Source: Felis catus (lineage: Eukaryota). From it: DNA of 64,000 bases. The DNA lies in assembly GCF_018350175.1 (NCBI RefSeq), contig NC_058368.1, positions 96,474,001-96,538,000 on the forward strand, written 5' to 3'. Each line of letters opens with the position of its first letter. The stretch's first letter is position 1. Below, one piece after another: positions 12,296 through 25,720 of the stretch. A program made the translations under genes and the position numbers. The notes beneath the pieces are model-generated. The model did not search any database. It was not told the origin of the DNA and saw only the letters and a program-made list of their open reading frames with translations.

Positions 12296-13365
12296 AATAG
12301 ACCTGAAACTCAACCACAAAAAAAGCAAACAATCCAATTTAATTTTATTTTTAATTTTTTTAATGTTTATTTATTTTTGAAATAGAGATAGACAATGAGT
12401 TGGGGGAGGGGCAGGAGAGACGGAGACACAGAATCTGAGGCAGTGTCCAGGCTCTGAGCTGTCAGCACAGAGCCCCATGTGGGTCCGTAACCTGTGAGCC
12501 CCGAGATTATGACCTGAGCCAAAGTCCAGGGCTTAACCAAATAAGCCTCCCAAGCACCCTGATAGTTTAAAAGCACCCAATCTAGTTTAAAAAATGGGCA
12601 AAAGACTTGAAGAGAGAGTTACCCAAAAATATATATAAATGATCCAAAAGCAAGAATAAATGTTCAATTTCACCAACCACCAGATAGATGCAAATCAAAA
12701 CCTAATGAGATACCATCTCACTTTCATTAGGATGCCTACTGTCAAAAAAAAAAAAAAAGGAAGAAAGAAAGAAGAGAAAAGAAAAATACAAATGTTGGTG
12801 TGATGTGGAGACAATGGAACTTGTGCACTGTCAGGAGAAATGTAAAATGGTGAAGCAGTTATGGAAAACAATATGGTGGTTCCTCCAAAATTACCATATG
12901 TTCCAGCAATTTCGCTTCTGGGTATATAGTCAAATGAACTGAAAGCAGGTTCTCAAAAAGGTATTTGTATACCCACGCTCATAGCATTATTTACAATAGC
13001 CCAATGTAGAAGCAACACAAGTGTCCATCAACAAATGAATGGATAATCACAGCGACATGGATGAAGCTTAAGGACATTATGCCAAGTGAAATAGGTCAGT
13101 CATAAATGGATGAATGCTATATGATCCCTCTTATCTGAGGTATCTAGAGTAGCTAAATTCACAGAGATAGAAAGTAGGGTGATGGTGGCCAAGGACTAGG
13201 GGAGGGGCCATGGGGAGTTATTACCAGGCACACTCTCTCAGTTTTGTGAAACTAATTCTGTGGCTGCATGATGGTGACGGATGGTAAGACAATAATGTGA
13301 ATGTACATGATGTCACTTAACTATAAGCTTAAAAATGGTTAAATGGTCAATTTTACATTGTTTGT
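12296..13365 (+). mobile_element. Old L1 (L1M-type) ORF2 3' end and 3'UTR
   Basis: AAAATGGGCAAAAGACTTGAA...CCAGCAATTTCGCTTCTGGGTATAT...GTGTCCATCAACAAATGAATGGATAA...CTTAAAAATGGTTAAATGGT. Confidence 0.9.
12340..12560 (-). mobile_element. Can-SINE nested in L1
   Basis: Reverse SINE body interrupting L1 sequence. Confidence 0.9.
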
Positions 13366-14572
13366 TTTTTTTCTTTTTTAAGTTGAAATAGAGATTCTTA
13401 AATGTGAGTTCTGGCCAGCCAAGAAGCATTGATCGGACACTGGGAGTCTTGGACTTCTAGAAATGTAAAATGCTAATGCTACAAAGACTCATAGAAATAA
13501 TGGAGTCCAGGACTCCACAGTCACATATGGGAAAAATTGAGACCAGAAGGGGCCATAAATGCACTGAGCTATGCCAGAGATCCTTGGTGGGCTGGCCAGA
13601 GGTCTGGCTCCCTGACCCCATCTACCAAAGTCTCCACATGTGAGCTTCTGGCTACCTCAGGACCAGAAAGCTGGATCATCCAAATAAGATGGGTGACCTC
13701 CAGGAAATAAACTCAGCAAGATGGAGTCCATGATCCTTGCCCAATCTAAGTCATAATTCAGTATGAGCATCCTGGACTTCTCTGCCCTGTGTTTTACTCC
13801 TTACATCTGGGCCCAGAGCCAGCCCTGCCAGCCCCTGCCATCCATTTGAGGGCAGCTAACATTGGTCAGGGTGCCATGGTAGGCAAGTGATGGTCAGGGA
13901 CTAGAGTCCAGATTTCTTGTCTTTACCCTGTGTCCTTTTCCTTTCATTCTTGTCTTTACCTCACTCCTGGGGCTTTATCTCTCCCCTGAGTGGCCCAGGG
14001 ACCAATTCTCTGGGGGTACCAGACAGCTCTGGCTCTGCCTTGTCAAGGCCCCTCAGGGTGTCTCTATCCCATTTAATAAGGACCTGGGATCCTACCCAAC
14101 GTCTGAGGATGGTAAGAAAGAGAGAAGAATAAAGAGATTTTTCTCTGCTGCCAAAAGAGTTGGGTGCCCTCACAAATCCATCCCACTGCTATTGAGAAAG
14201 AAACACATCATTCATCACTCTTATGTTTGTCCGGCCAGTGCCGTATCTAGGCTGATCATCTCAAACTGACCATTTTCTCTTGCCCCCGGTGTCTTCACAA
14301 AAATGTGTTGGGAAGCCTGTTCCCTTGGAAACAGATCTATAATTTCTAAAGTGCTATTTAATTGTGCAGGTCAACCAGCACCTGCAAACTCATGCATTCA
14401 TGGTTTCACTCCCCTTATTCTCTTACCCCTCTGATATTATGGGGCAATGTTTATTGGTGTATGGGAATCACAAACTCATAAAGTAAGTGTTTTTCAAATA
14501 TCAGCTTTTCTGAGAAGAAGGTCCATAGTTTGAGGTTCTTGAACCAAAAAAACAAAACAAAACAAAACAAGG

Positions 14573-14609
14573 GTGCATGCATGTGCGCACGCACACGCAT
14601 GCGCGCGCG

Positions 14610-14651
<42 letters not shown>
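14573..14651. repeat. Alternating purine-pyrimidine tract, including (GC)9 and (AC)n
   Basis: 79 bp of unbroken R/Y alternation. Confidence 0.95.
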
Positions 14652-14655
<4 letters not shown>

Positions 14656-14701
14656 CCTCTGGAGCAAAGTTCAAAAGTATTTTAAAAAATATGATAGGCC
14701 A

Positions 14702-14915
14702 GGGGTGCCTGGATGGCTCAGTTGGTTAAGCAATCAACTTTGGCTCAGATCATGATCTCACAGTTGGTGAGTTTGAGCCCCGCATCAGGCTCTGTGCTAA
14801 CAACTGAGAGCCTAGAGCCTGCTTTGGATTCTGTGTCTCCCTCTTTCCACTCCTGTTCATGCTCTTTCTCTCTCTCTTTCTCTCTCCGTCAAAAATAAAT
14901 AAAACATTAAAAAAA
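14702..14915 (+). mobile_element. Can-SINE
   Basis: Full SINE; TSD AAAAATATGATAG. Confidence 0.95.
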
Positions 14916-15677
14916 TATGATAGCTCAGTGGGAAAAATGGTTATTGAAAGAGAATTCTCATATGGTCAACCACATATGTGCAGGCCCTTTATCTGATAAG
15001 CATTACAATAAATTACCTTTAAGAGACAACCCTAGAAACAAGACTTAATGACCACCCAAAACTTGAAAAAAAAATGTATCTTCAGGTTTTAATTTAAATG
15101 AAAAAAATGACAATCAGTAAGAAAACCCAGGGAATTTCATATCTATGATGGTTACTCAGCATGTGAGACCCATTAGAGTAGCAGGAGAAACTCAAGTCAA
15201 TGTACATGTTCACACAATGACATAACACAAATGAGAAGGTAAATAAAGATTCACTGTCCCTCAATTACTGCTTTTATAGCACATCTTTGCTCTACAACTA
15301 ATTCAGCAAAAAGACAACCAGAAACAGATTCACTGGTGAGACATATTTGAAAAACAGACCTATAATTAATGTTGATAAATGCAACTTTAGACCCTGAAGT
15401 TAACCTCCTAAAGAAACAAAATGCCTGACCTCTTCTTCTTCTTCTTTTTTTCCTTAACTGCTATGAATTTCATGACACAAGAACTATGTGTTACTCTCTT
15501 GTATCTCCAGCAGCTAAAACCAGACTCAGAATGTAGTTTCTTAAACACTGGGCTATTTAACTGACATACAAACTAAGCATCTCCAATGAAAGTTGGTTTT
15601 CCTTTTCTTGTAGGTGAGAAGGGGGAGAGGGTGCGATTTAAGTTAAATGAGCTGCATGGTTGATTTTTAACAAACAC

Positions 15678-15903
15678 TTTTTTAATTAAAAAAATGAAGT
15701 TTATTTATTTATTCAGAGAGAGAGAGACAGACAGAGATAGAGAGAGTGTGGGGAAAGGGCACGAAGAGAGGAGAGAATCCCAAGCAGGCTCTGCACTGTC
15801 AGTGCTGAACCATGGTGGGACTCAAACTCACAAATTGACATATCATGACCCAAAACAAAATCAAGAGTCAGACACTTAACTGACTTAGCCACCCAGGTGC
15901 CCC
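15678..15903 (-). mobile_element. Can-SINE
   Basis: Full SINE; TSD-like AACA(A/T)ACACTTTT. Confidence 0.95.
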
Positions 15904-18900
15904 TAACATACACTTTTGATAAAGACCAAAGAAACTGGAGTTGAAGGGCCAAAACGCAAAGGAAATGAAAGTCTATGTAAAGGCATCTATACATACAAGA
16001 AAAAAGGTTCTTTCCAGGTAGGAGAATAAATAAAAAGATCTAGAAGTATAAGGTAAAATGGTTGGACATATGTCCTGTGAGGATTTTTAAATTGGAATGG
16101 AGAATTGATGACAAGCTTGACAGCTATTCCTCTGATGATTTAAATAATAATATGGGAATCAATTTTAATCTGATTAGGATGACTTAGAAATGATCGTGCA
16201 TAAAATTCGCAGTGAAGAAGGCTGGGTACCTGTTTTTTCTGAAGATCATCAAGTTTTATACAGTATTTTTACCACTCCAAAGAGCAAATTTCATCTAAGT
16301 TATAAAAAATATTATTTGATGTGAGCAATATTGTTTGGTATGTAAAAGCACTAGGATACAAGACGATGCTTCATTGATGAGTATAAAATCCTAAAATTGT
16401 AATCATGAGTTATGTTTAAGGAATTAAATCTATATTTTACTCCAAAAGAATTGAGTCATACTAAAGCAATAAACCCATTAAAAACATAAAAATTCTGATT
16501 TGTTTTGTTTCTTATTAACTTCATAATGTTATTGGAGACTCCTCTTTAGTCTACAGAGATCCATCTGATATTTAAGTATGTATCATGTTTATAAATAACA
16601 CGTTATTAGAGTGAAAAGGTGAAATCTATTTTTACATTTTAAAAACAGCTTCTCATGGATTAAATAAATGACAGCTAAAACCTGAAACATATAGGGCTTA
16701 CAAACACAGAGGGATTATGAGAGGTTACTGTATGTTCTCTTTCTGTTCGCCAGAGCATGTTGTCTTCTGTTTAAAAGATCTTCCTACAAAGATCACTGGA
16801 GTAAATAATTTTCCTAATGCTTGGTGACGCTGTGAGTGGGCATTCTCTCACCTAGGAGTCAGACTGTCTTCTGAACCAAATAGGGTCATTTCTTGGAAGC
16901 TTAGGACATTGATCTCTAAGTTGCACACCTCAGGCTTCACCATTAGAGGGCAAATGCCTGGATCTGGCCTCTGGCAGGTGCTCACAGAACACTAGGTGCT
17001 GGAGGAAGGGAGAAGGAAATTTTCCCCTTCCTCTTTACTTGGGAAAGACAGTGACTTTCTTTTTCCTTATTGTGATTCATCTTGTTCTTCAGGTAACAAG
17101 ATAAGGAATGGGATGTTTCCTGTTGTTTAGAAATTTTTACAGGGATGAGGGTGATACTTGATGAGCAACCAGACACCCTAAAGAAAAGCACTAGACACAT
17201 TCTTGTAGGTCTGGGTGACAGCGAAACAACCAGTCCCCACCATTCCATCCAAGCTACTTAAGAGAGGACTAGAAATTTGAGATGGAGTTCTTTGAACAGA
17301 AATGATAAAAGCAAAGAGTGATTGTATTTTTATCCTTCCCCCTCTTTCAGATAAAACATGGGGGAAGCACTCCCACCCCAAGAGAAACAGTCATGCTCAG
17401 AGGCTGTAAAATGAGAGATTAGCATTTTCTTCCCAGGCTGAAAGCTGTACAGCTCAGACTCATCCTCAAGTGAGCGAGCAGAGGAGGGAAGACCAGCAAG
17501 AATTCTTGGCCAAACACGACTTGTATCAACAAGACTCTAGAACTAGATGTGCACTCAGAGACCGATGCTCACTTATCACCATGGTGTTGGCTAGGGCAGC
17601 ACATTTATCTCTTTCCATGATCAGTGTCAGGGGTGAAATGCCAGTGTTGGAGGAAAATAAAGCTCATGATGTGTAGGCCATCCAATGAAGTCGTTAAAGA
17701 TAGATATTTTAAGCGAGTGACTCTACATTGTCACTAAATTGTTAGTGGAAGAGGACAAGAACTTTGTCTGATTTCTTCACCACTGTACCCTCAGCATCCA
17801 AAACTCAATCTTCTACAAGGCCAAATCTCACAAACACTTAAGTAAAGGGTTAAATGAGCATTGAAGAAAGATCAAAATAGAGGTTCATAAAAATAAGAAA
17901 GTTACACATTGAGCTACTGGTTTTTTCTAATTTCTACTCATCTCGAATGCTTAGTGTTATTATAAATAATTGACTAAAAGGTGAAAATTTCAGTCAGCCA
18001 TGAGTTTGTCTAAATCATCAAAGTTCGGTTCCTCATCCCACACATATATACAAATATACTCATTCAGCTGCCCTTTTTCTTTCTTTTCTCTTTTTGGCTA
18101 TTTAATGGAATAACTGGATATTTTGATTTTCTATCATCACAGCCAAGTATGCAGTAATTAAAAAGATGATTTCAAATGGTATTTACATTTAACAGCATGC
18201 ACCAACTTTGCCATATGTTTTCTACCCTTGTCAACTTGTTTATGTGGTTTTTTATCTGCAGGCAACAGCTTTGTTCCTCATGGCTGGAGTTACATACTGT
18301 GAAAACAAACGGAATGATAGGTAGAGGGAAACCACTCACAGAATTCACCTGTGCATAAGACAGCATCGCACACTGAGACTCTAGTGACTTAATTCTAGGA
18401 AAATTCACAACACAACCAAAGAGACACACACAGGGGCCTTCAAAGTCTCTTTTCCTGCACTCCAGATGGAGGATATCCAAACTTCAGTGGCAGCTGACTT
18501 GGGGAAATGTCTACGTGTGTGGGTGCACATGTGAACACATGCCATGGAGGCATGCGGTTTTGTTCCCGGGAAAGATCCCTCCTAAATATCAACAGTAGTG
18601 ATCTTTAGTGACAGGGACTTCTGATATGGAGAGCAACATTTCGCTCTTTCTTGTATAACTATCTATACTTATTTGTCTATTTTTTTTCCTTTCAAGTATT
18701 TGTGAAGTACTGGGATTATTTGAAGAATAAACATTAAAATGAAATCAAGGTATCAGGGTCTCTTGGATTAGTCTGATTATGATCATTTCTAGTTCTAGAC
18801 TCTCAATAAGACTTTCCTAAATGAGTAGGGGGTTTAGATGAAAAGATTCAAAATAAATTTAAAAAAAGACCTACAGCACTATATATTCCCATGTCCTATC

Positions 18901-19312
18901 TTCCAGTGGTGAAGAGAGGGACAATCATTAATCAAAAGAAGAGGTTAACTTTTCACTAGTGTAGTCAGAATTTGGGAGAGGAGGGATGAGTACCTCCTTA
19001 AGGATCCTGGCCCTATTCCGGTCAATGGAAGAACCTCTCCTTCTGTAGCTGGCCACGGAGAAAGCAATACAACAGCATTGACTGAGTGTGTTACTGCTGT
19101 AGTCTGTCTCAAGAAACGGCCACTAGATGCTTTCATTGAAAGGACTTGTGGATTGCAGCACTAGCAATGAGATGGAAGAAGAAAGCATGGAGTCTATCAA
19201 TCACTTGGGACTCAGTCTCCCCAAGGAAAAGTCATCCATCCAACTTTCCAAAATGCTCACCTATGCAAATAACATTCTCACATTTCAAATATAACATTCA
19301 AACATATTTCTG

Positions 19313-19519
19313 ATTTTGTTAAGTTTATTTATTTTGAGAAAGAGATAGAGAGAGCACAAGTGGAGAAGAGGCAGAGAGAAGGTGAGACAGAAGCCCAAGC
19401 AGGCTTTGTGCCATCAGCACAGAGACTGACATGGGGCTCGAACCCACGAACGATAAGATCATGACCTGAACTGAGATCAAGAGTCAGACAATTAACCAAC
19501 TGAGCCACCCAGGTGCCCC
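19313..19519 (-). mobile_element. Can-SINE
   Basis: TSD CAAACATATTTCT at 19299-19311 and 19521-19533. Confidence 0.95.
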
Positions 19520-19711
19520 ACAAACATATTTCTAATTTCAACTGGAATATGAAAACAGGTTACACCAGGAATCTATATCTCCAAGATATAGACCCTTAGT
19601 GCCTGGTCACCAAGGAAAGAAAGCTATATTATCAAGCAGCAATTGTTTGGAGAGGCGTCCAGTCTAGGAAGGATATTCTCTTAGGACTCCATAGTCTTAA
19701 GACCTTTCTCA

Positions 19712-20080
19712 ATGTATTTTGGGTTGGTTTCCTGGGAAACATATTCTGAAAAGGGTATTTGCATCCAGGAGCTTGTTGAGGAGTGGTTTAGGGCATAATT
19801 TTAAGGAGGTGAGGGAAGTAGGACTGCAAAGAGAGAGAACTTGAACTTGATCCATTTTCCACTATAGGACTCAGCCAATTGCCCAGGGAGCTCTGGAAGT
19901 GGTATGGCCTTTCAGAACTGTCCCAAACTTAGGCAAGACAGCAAGCTTTTAGTACCTTCATCCACCAAGCATCGGATGAGGGTGTAACATTGGAGAAGGC
20001 AGCCATCACTGTCTAAGGGAAAGACTTGAAGAGAAACTCAGTTGTGAGTCAGGGAAACAAGTGTCCTGGTCCCCAAGGAA
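19712..20080 (-). mobile_element. ERVL solo LTR (LTR16-like)
   Basis: CTCAGCCAATTGCCCAGGGAGCTCTGGAAGTGGTATGGCCTTTCAGAACTGTCCCAAACTTAGGCAAG matches recalled LTR16 sequence. Confidence 0.65.
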
Positions 20081-20823
20081 AATGATAAATACCTCTGTCT
20101 TTGGATGCTTTCACTTCTCAGTTTAGATAATGCTTAATGTATTTTTAAATAATACCTAAAATCCCAAGAATTTGGTCATTTGGGAATACTTGGTCCTAAA
20201 AGTTGAAGACCTTGTTTCCAACTGATGGTCAAGCCAAGCTTTGCCAAATACCAAGAGGAAATAGCATGTTGATAAAGAAGGATACAGCCTTACTACCCTG
20301 TCCCAGTGAATTAATTGATACGAGAAAATTCAGATAACTTGAATAATGTTGACATCAATAGCATTATTTATCAGTGGTGATCATTGCAATGTGCTGTGCT
20401 ATATAGATCAAGGGATTTGGATAAACTCTGGCTCATCACAAAACCCTGCTCTCTTGGGAAGTCATCTGTTCTCAGTAATAATGGAGAGCATTGGGAATCA
20501 GAATCCTAGAACTGCTCTCAAACCCTCTGTCCACGTGCAATGTAAATACATGAAATGAGGACATTTAGAATAAGACCTATACATCATGAGCAACAATATT
20601 AAGTCATCCATGTAAGGAACTCCTGCAGGATGTCAGGTAATATGCAGTCATCTAAAGCAGGATCCTAAACTAGAATTTATCTGTAAGCTCAAAATTGTAT
20701 ACACATACACAGTTCTTGTATGTGTGTATATATACACACACAAATACAATCACACATACACTAATTTCATTAGATGCTAAGTATCTATGATGCAAAAAGG
20801 TTTAAGATCAAGAGTTATAAGAT

Positions 20824-21042
20824 GGGGCACCTGGATGGCTCAGTCAGTTTAAGCATCTAACTTCAGCTTAGGTCACGATCTCCTGGTTCGTGAATTTGAT
20901 TCCTGCGTTGGGCTCTGTGCTGACAGCTCAGAGCCTGGAGCCTGCTTCGGATTCTGTGTCTCCCTCTCTCTGCCCCTCCCAGGCTCACTCTCTGTCTGTC
21001 TGTCTCTTCCTCTGTCAAAAATAAATAAACTTTAAAAAATAA
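20824..21042 (+). mobile_element. Can-SINE
   Basis: Full SINE with CAGCTCAGAGCCTGGAGCCTGCTTCGGATTC. Confidence 0.95.
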
Positions 21043-21399
21043 ATAGGTAACGGTTCTAAAGTCTTCCCACCCTTTTATGATATGTAGAAAGATAAACTAA
21101 ATGGACTCTTCCACTATGTGAAACCTAAATCTCAAATCATTTAAAATTTAACCACGTTTACTTTGTAAGCTAAGAGCATAGAATAGCCAATTTGGAATAC
21201 TCAAATTTCAATTTTTTAGCATCTTACATTCAATGACCCTATGGCCCTTTCCTGCCCTGGGGGACTGGTATGGGAGAGGAGTGGAGAATGGTGGTTTATT
21301 ATGAGGATAAATGAAGGGGGATATAATTCTTAAGGTGTCATACTTCTGGATGGGCTGATTTCAATCATGCAAAATAGGAATAGTTCATCTACTGCTGAA

Positions 21400-21473
21400 T
21401 TTGTTAGGACTCTTGACTGCCAGCAACAGAAACTAAATCTGACTATACTCAACTGAAAAAGAACTTAAGCTAT

Positions 21474-21566
<93 letters not shown>

Positions 21567-22030
21567 ACACATATGGGGGGGGGGGTAACCCACAGACTTA
21601 CAAATTGAAGTCTAAGAAACATGAATATAGACTGCTTAGAACCACATCCCAAGCCACACTATAGGGTCAGTGTGATAAGGACACCGCTGCAGTTATTCCT
21701 GGGCACTGGGAACACATCTGCACTGGCATCATCCCTGCATGGGATGCTACCTGCTGCTCCTGTCCCCACACTACCCCCATGGAAGCAAGAGTTGGTTTCC
21801 ACCATCTTGATGCACCACAACAAATTATCTCCTGCCTTGGCCTTTTTGTATAATTAGCTCCAGACTCAGCTTCCAACTGTTGCAACCTATTTGCTCTGCC
21901 TTGATTATTGAAGATCTGTGTTTTCCAGTTCATAGAGTAGGAGTGGGCCCTGCTTCCTAAAATGACTTACCTGGTAGGGAGTTCATCAAATAAAGAAAGT
22001 AACTGGATGGCTGAAAGCTAAAGAAATGAA
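21400..22030 (-). mobile_element. Old MaLR LTR relic (MLT1-like), interrupted by microsatellite
   Basis: TGTTAGGACTCTTGACTGCCAGCAACAGAAAC is typical of a reverse MLT1 end; the right boundary is uncertain. Confidence 0.45.
21477..21585. repeat. Compound (TA)n(CA)n microsatellite followed by a G run
   Basis: Seen directly. Confidence 0.95.
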
Positions 22031-22667
22031 CCTATTTTTACTAGAAGACACAAGAAAAACTACCACTGTCCAAAAGCCCTCCACTTGCAATCAACGCTCT
22101 CCTTACTTCCAAGTTAATTTCTTCTAGCTCTTTAGCTTTTCTATCCCAGATTCTCATATAGATTACTTTGGTCATTAGTAGGCTTAGGAAATTATCTACA
22201 GTGTATAGATAGTTTTTGTTTTATTAAGTTTAACCTGCCTTGTCAAAGGCCACACATGAAAATTCTCAAGAGAAACCAGATTCAGGCACCAATATTGGGG
22301 TTTCCTGAACTTAATGCTAAAGACATTGTGTCCTCTTTGTGCTTTCTAAGGATAACTATTCATTATTCATTCAAATTGAATTGCTCTGTTGAACAACATG
22401 AAAATTATCTCACGTTAGCTACACACAGCAAACTGAAAAGCCAAATGGGATTTCTATTGAATATTATAATGGGACAGTTTCCAACAAAGCCCTTAACACT
22501 TGATAATGTTCATGGGTAACTCAATTCAAAAATTACCTAACAAAGTTCAACTGTAAGGCAAGGAATTCAAATAAATTACCTAAGCATGACCAAAAAGACC
22601 GGTGCCAAAAACTGATTCATTACTTCATTACTTTTCAGTGCCTAATCTTTGTCTATACATTATATAT

Positions 22668-22668
<1 letters not shown>

Positions 22669-22707
<39 letters not shown>

Positions 22708-22725
22708 GCATAGAGTAGTAACAAG

Positions 22726-22760
<35 letters not shown>
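22669..22760. repeat. Two adjacent (CA)n tracts
   Basis: Seen directly; about 25 bp spacer. Confidence 0.95.
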
Positions 22761-22762
<2 letters not shown>

Positions 22763-24019
22763 ATATGATATCTTATGTCAAAGGTTCAAAGATGAGACAA
22801 GGAACTAACACCTGATAGATTTGTAGGATCATAGCCACAGGATGCAGAATAGTCAAAAGCAATCAGGCTAGACAAACTGTCTCTTGCTTTTCTTGCTTTC
22901 CCGGGATGTGGTCTGTTCTGGAATTTTACTACTGTTGTTTGCCCTTATGTTGAAGGATATTTTACTTAGAAACTAAGAACTGCCCCTGCCAAGGAGGGTC
23001 TAGCTGATATGAGAAAGTTAATTCCTAAATTTTAGGGGAAAAAAACCTCTCTTTTAAATTTATAAGAATAGCCTTTATTTCCCCGTTTATAAGGACACAC
23101 ATGTATATGGACTGCCGTGGAAGATGGCTGCCTTCTAGAAGCAAAAGCGTTCTTCATTGGGTTCAGGCAGGTCACCAGGAAATGGCAAAGGGGTTTGAGA
23201 TCCCTGAGGCAAATGGGTGCCATTTTGTCTGCATGTGTGTTTGTGTATAAGTATATGTACATGTACATGTGTGTCTATATATCTCCCTTGTGAACCCAGG
23301 GTGTGTAGCTAGATGAAGGAAATAGTGAGAAGACAGCAATGGAATAAAAGGCATTGAAATTCTAAATCCAGCTGACCCCTAAATCTAGTTTCCCACATCA
23401 CTGAAACTATGAGAGTGGAGCAGAAGATGAGAGGGCCACTCTACTCTGATTCATCATTTAACATTGATCAACTGAAAATTTAACAAGTTACTGGGTAAGC
23501 AGACTGACCTAGCCAGATCATGTAAATGCTCACAGCTAGCTCTAAAAAGACTGATTTTGGATCTAAAAAAATGACTTCATCCTCCCACCCCACAATGGGC
23601 ACTGTGAGCCCCTGCTTCTAGAATTATTCCACCGGAGAATGGATGACAGTAGGTCCCGCATCCTATTCAGTTAATGCATTAATAATGGATAGTGGTCATT
23701 GGTCTACAAAATGCTTTCTAACCCTAAGGGTCAGTAACTATACAATTCAGCTCTCAGAAACAGAACTGTAGTCATGCCCAATAGCTGCCAGATAACAGAT
23801 CATAAAGACTAACATCGAGGATGGGGCGGAGCCTGAAGAACCAACTCTCAAAATCAATACCTCAGTTACTGAGTGACATGTAGCAGAGATACTTGCCAGG
23901 GAGTTGCCAACCTCTCCCAGGCAGGTCAACCTCTCTGACTTTTCCACATAACGATTTGACAGCCATTCTAATTTAAATATTGACTGACTTCCTTTGTAAA
24001 GCTTCTACCTAACTTGAAC

Positions 24020-24176
24020 AAAGGAAAGAGAGAAAGAAAGAAAGAAAAAAAGAAAGAAAGAAGAAAAGAAAAAAGAAAAGAAAAGAAAAGTAAAGAAAAG
24101 AAAAGAAAAGAAAAGAAAAGAAAAGAAAAGAAAAGAAAAGAATAAAAGAATAAAAGAATAAAAGAAGGAAAGAAAA
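24020..24176. repeat. Polypurine (GAAA)n/(GAAAA)n/(GAATAAAA)n tract
   Basis: Seen directly. Confidence 0.95.
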
Positions 24177-25720
24177 TGCATCATATCAGTATCAACTTAA
24201 CTCTTGCTAAGGAAGTTTTACAAAGAAGCACTAAGTTCCAAATTATCCTTATAAATGCTGGTACTATTTAATGAGCCCAATAGAACCCTGCAAGTTTTAA
24301 GGGATGGCATGAGAGTGAAATGTTAGAAAACAGCAATAATTTTAACAAACTCTGAGAATCAGTATATTTAAATATGTGAGGGCCTTTTTAAGTAAATGTA
24401 AACTTCCACTTGATTCACTCTTTCTGACTCCACTAGTTTGTTTGTGTATGTATAATATATATACATATGATTTATGGTTTTGGTTTTCATTTGGTTTGGT
24501 TTAGTTTTACCATCGGATTTAGTAGGAAAGAAGGACTAACGTAACAGGTACTAGGGGTTCAGAATGAATTTTATCACAGAAGGCAGACAGTACTAAAGTG
24601 TTTTTTCGTTTGTTTGTTGTTGTTGTTGTTGTTGTTTTCCCTAGCAGCCATTTATTTCCCAAATAGATGTCAGGAATTAGACACCAATTAATAGCAGGTC
24701 AGCCGTTCTCCCCTCAGACTCTTCCAGAATGGCACCAATTGCTGCTCTAAAACCATAAGCTTCCTGGGAGTAGGAATTCCTTTTGACTTGCTTTGATGCA
24801 ACATTTAAAATCATTCCAAATTGCATCTTTGACTCTGAACCTTTAATCTCTTGTTGATGCTTCAAATATTCTTCCTATTCATTAGACAACATTTTCAACT
24901 GCATTTCCCTGTTATCTGTAACTCATTTAACATTATTTGAAACGACTCTAGGATGTGGTTAGTTCCAAAGATTTGCCACAAAATGATGCTGCAATGGCCT
25001 GCCCAGTGAAGGACAAAAGTGATCTTAACAAAGGGGATAGAAATTATAAGCAATGTGAGCTATGGTAGCATAAATACAGAATAAACCTGTTGATAACATG
25101 TAAAACTTCTTGTCTCTGTTGGTGACAGTAACAAAAATTGTGAAAATATTTTTCTCGTAAGCAGATTGGTAAAGAGAAATGGTTCCCTCTCCACTGGAGT
25201 ACCACAGTTGCTTTTAGGTATTGGAACCTGTGGCCATGAACTCATTATAGGCTGTTCATAAAGGGTGCCTGCAATTGCCTAATCCTTTGCCATATTTACC
25301 TGCTTCACTGGGGGTGTCCACCGTGGTTCATGTGTTATCTTTTATCTGGTCAGATAGGCATAACAGGGCACAGATCTCAGAGGAGTCTAAGAAGGAGTCT
25401 AGAAGAAATAAGAGAGCCTAAGTCCAGTCACGTTAATTTAATACAAATGAAGATTAGGCAACAGGTTCATACAGTTCCACCTTATAGGTGAAAATAATTC
25501 TGAAATTTAGAATACATGAGAGAGAAGAACTTAGACCCAATGTACTTGAATCCTTTTAGTCTGAGATTTTGGCATGTATGATAATTGATAGAGAAAGCAA
25601 TTAAGAGGAGAGGAAGGTGTAATGCAGGAGAGGTACTATTTTGTAGTCGTAAAAATGCCCAGTAAGAAGCAGCTTTCTTGAATCTCTAGAGAATAAGCCT
25701 TGTTTAAATGAGGCATCAAA

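Noticed and set aside
18262..18320. Plus-strand mini-exon (TTTTTATCTGCAG|...ATAG|GTAGAG, ATALFLMAGVTYCENKRND)
   Set aside because: Weak donor, unrecognised peptide, no partner exons.
18960..19164. Open plus-strand frame VVRIWERRDEYLLKDPGP...GLQH*
   Set aside because: No start codon or homology; length expected by chance.
24677..24865. 62-aa ORF as a processed pseudogene
   Set aside because: No recognisable parent and no TSDs; the frame does not extend.
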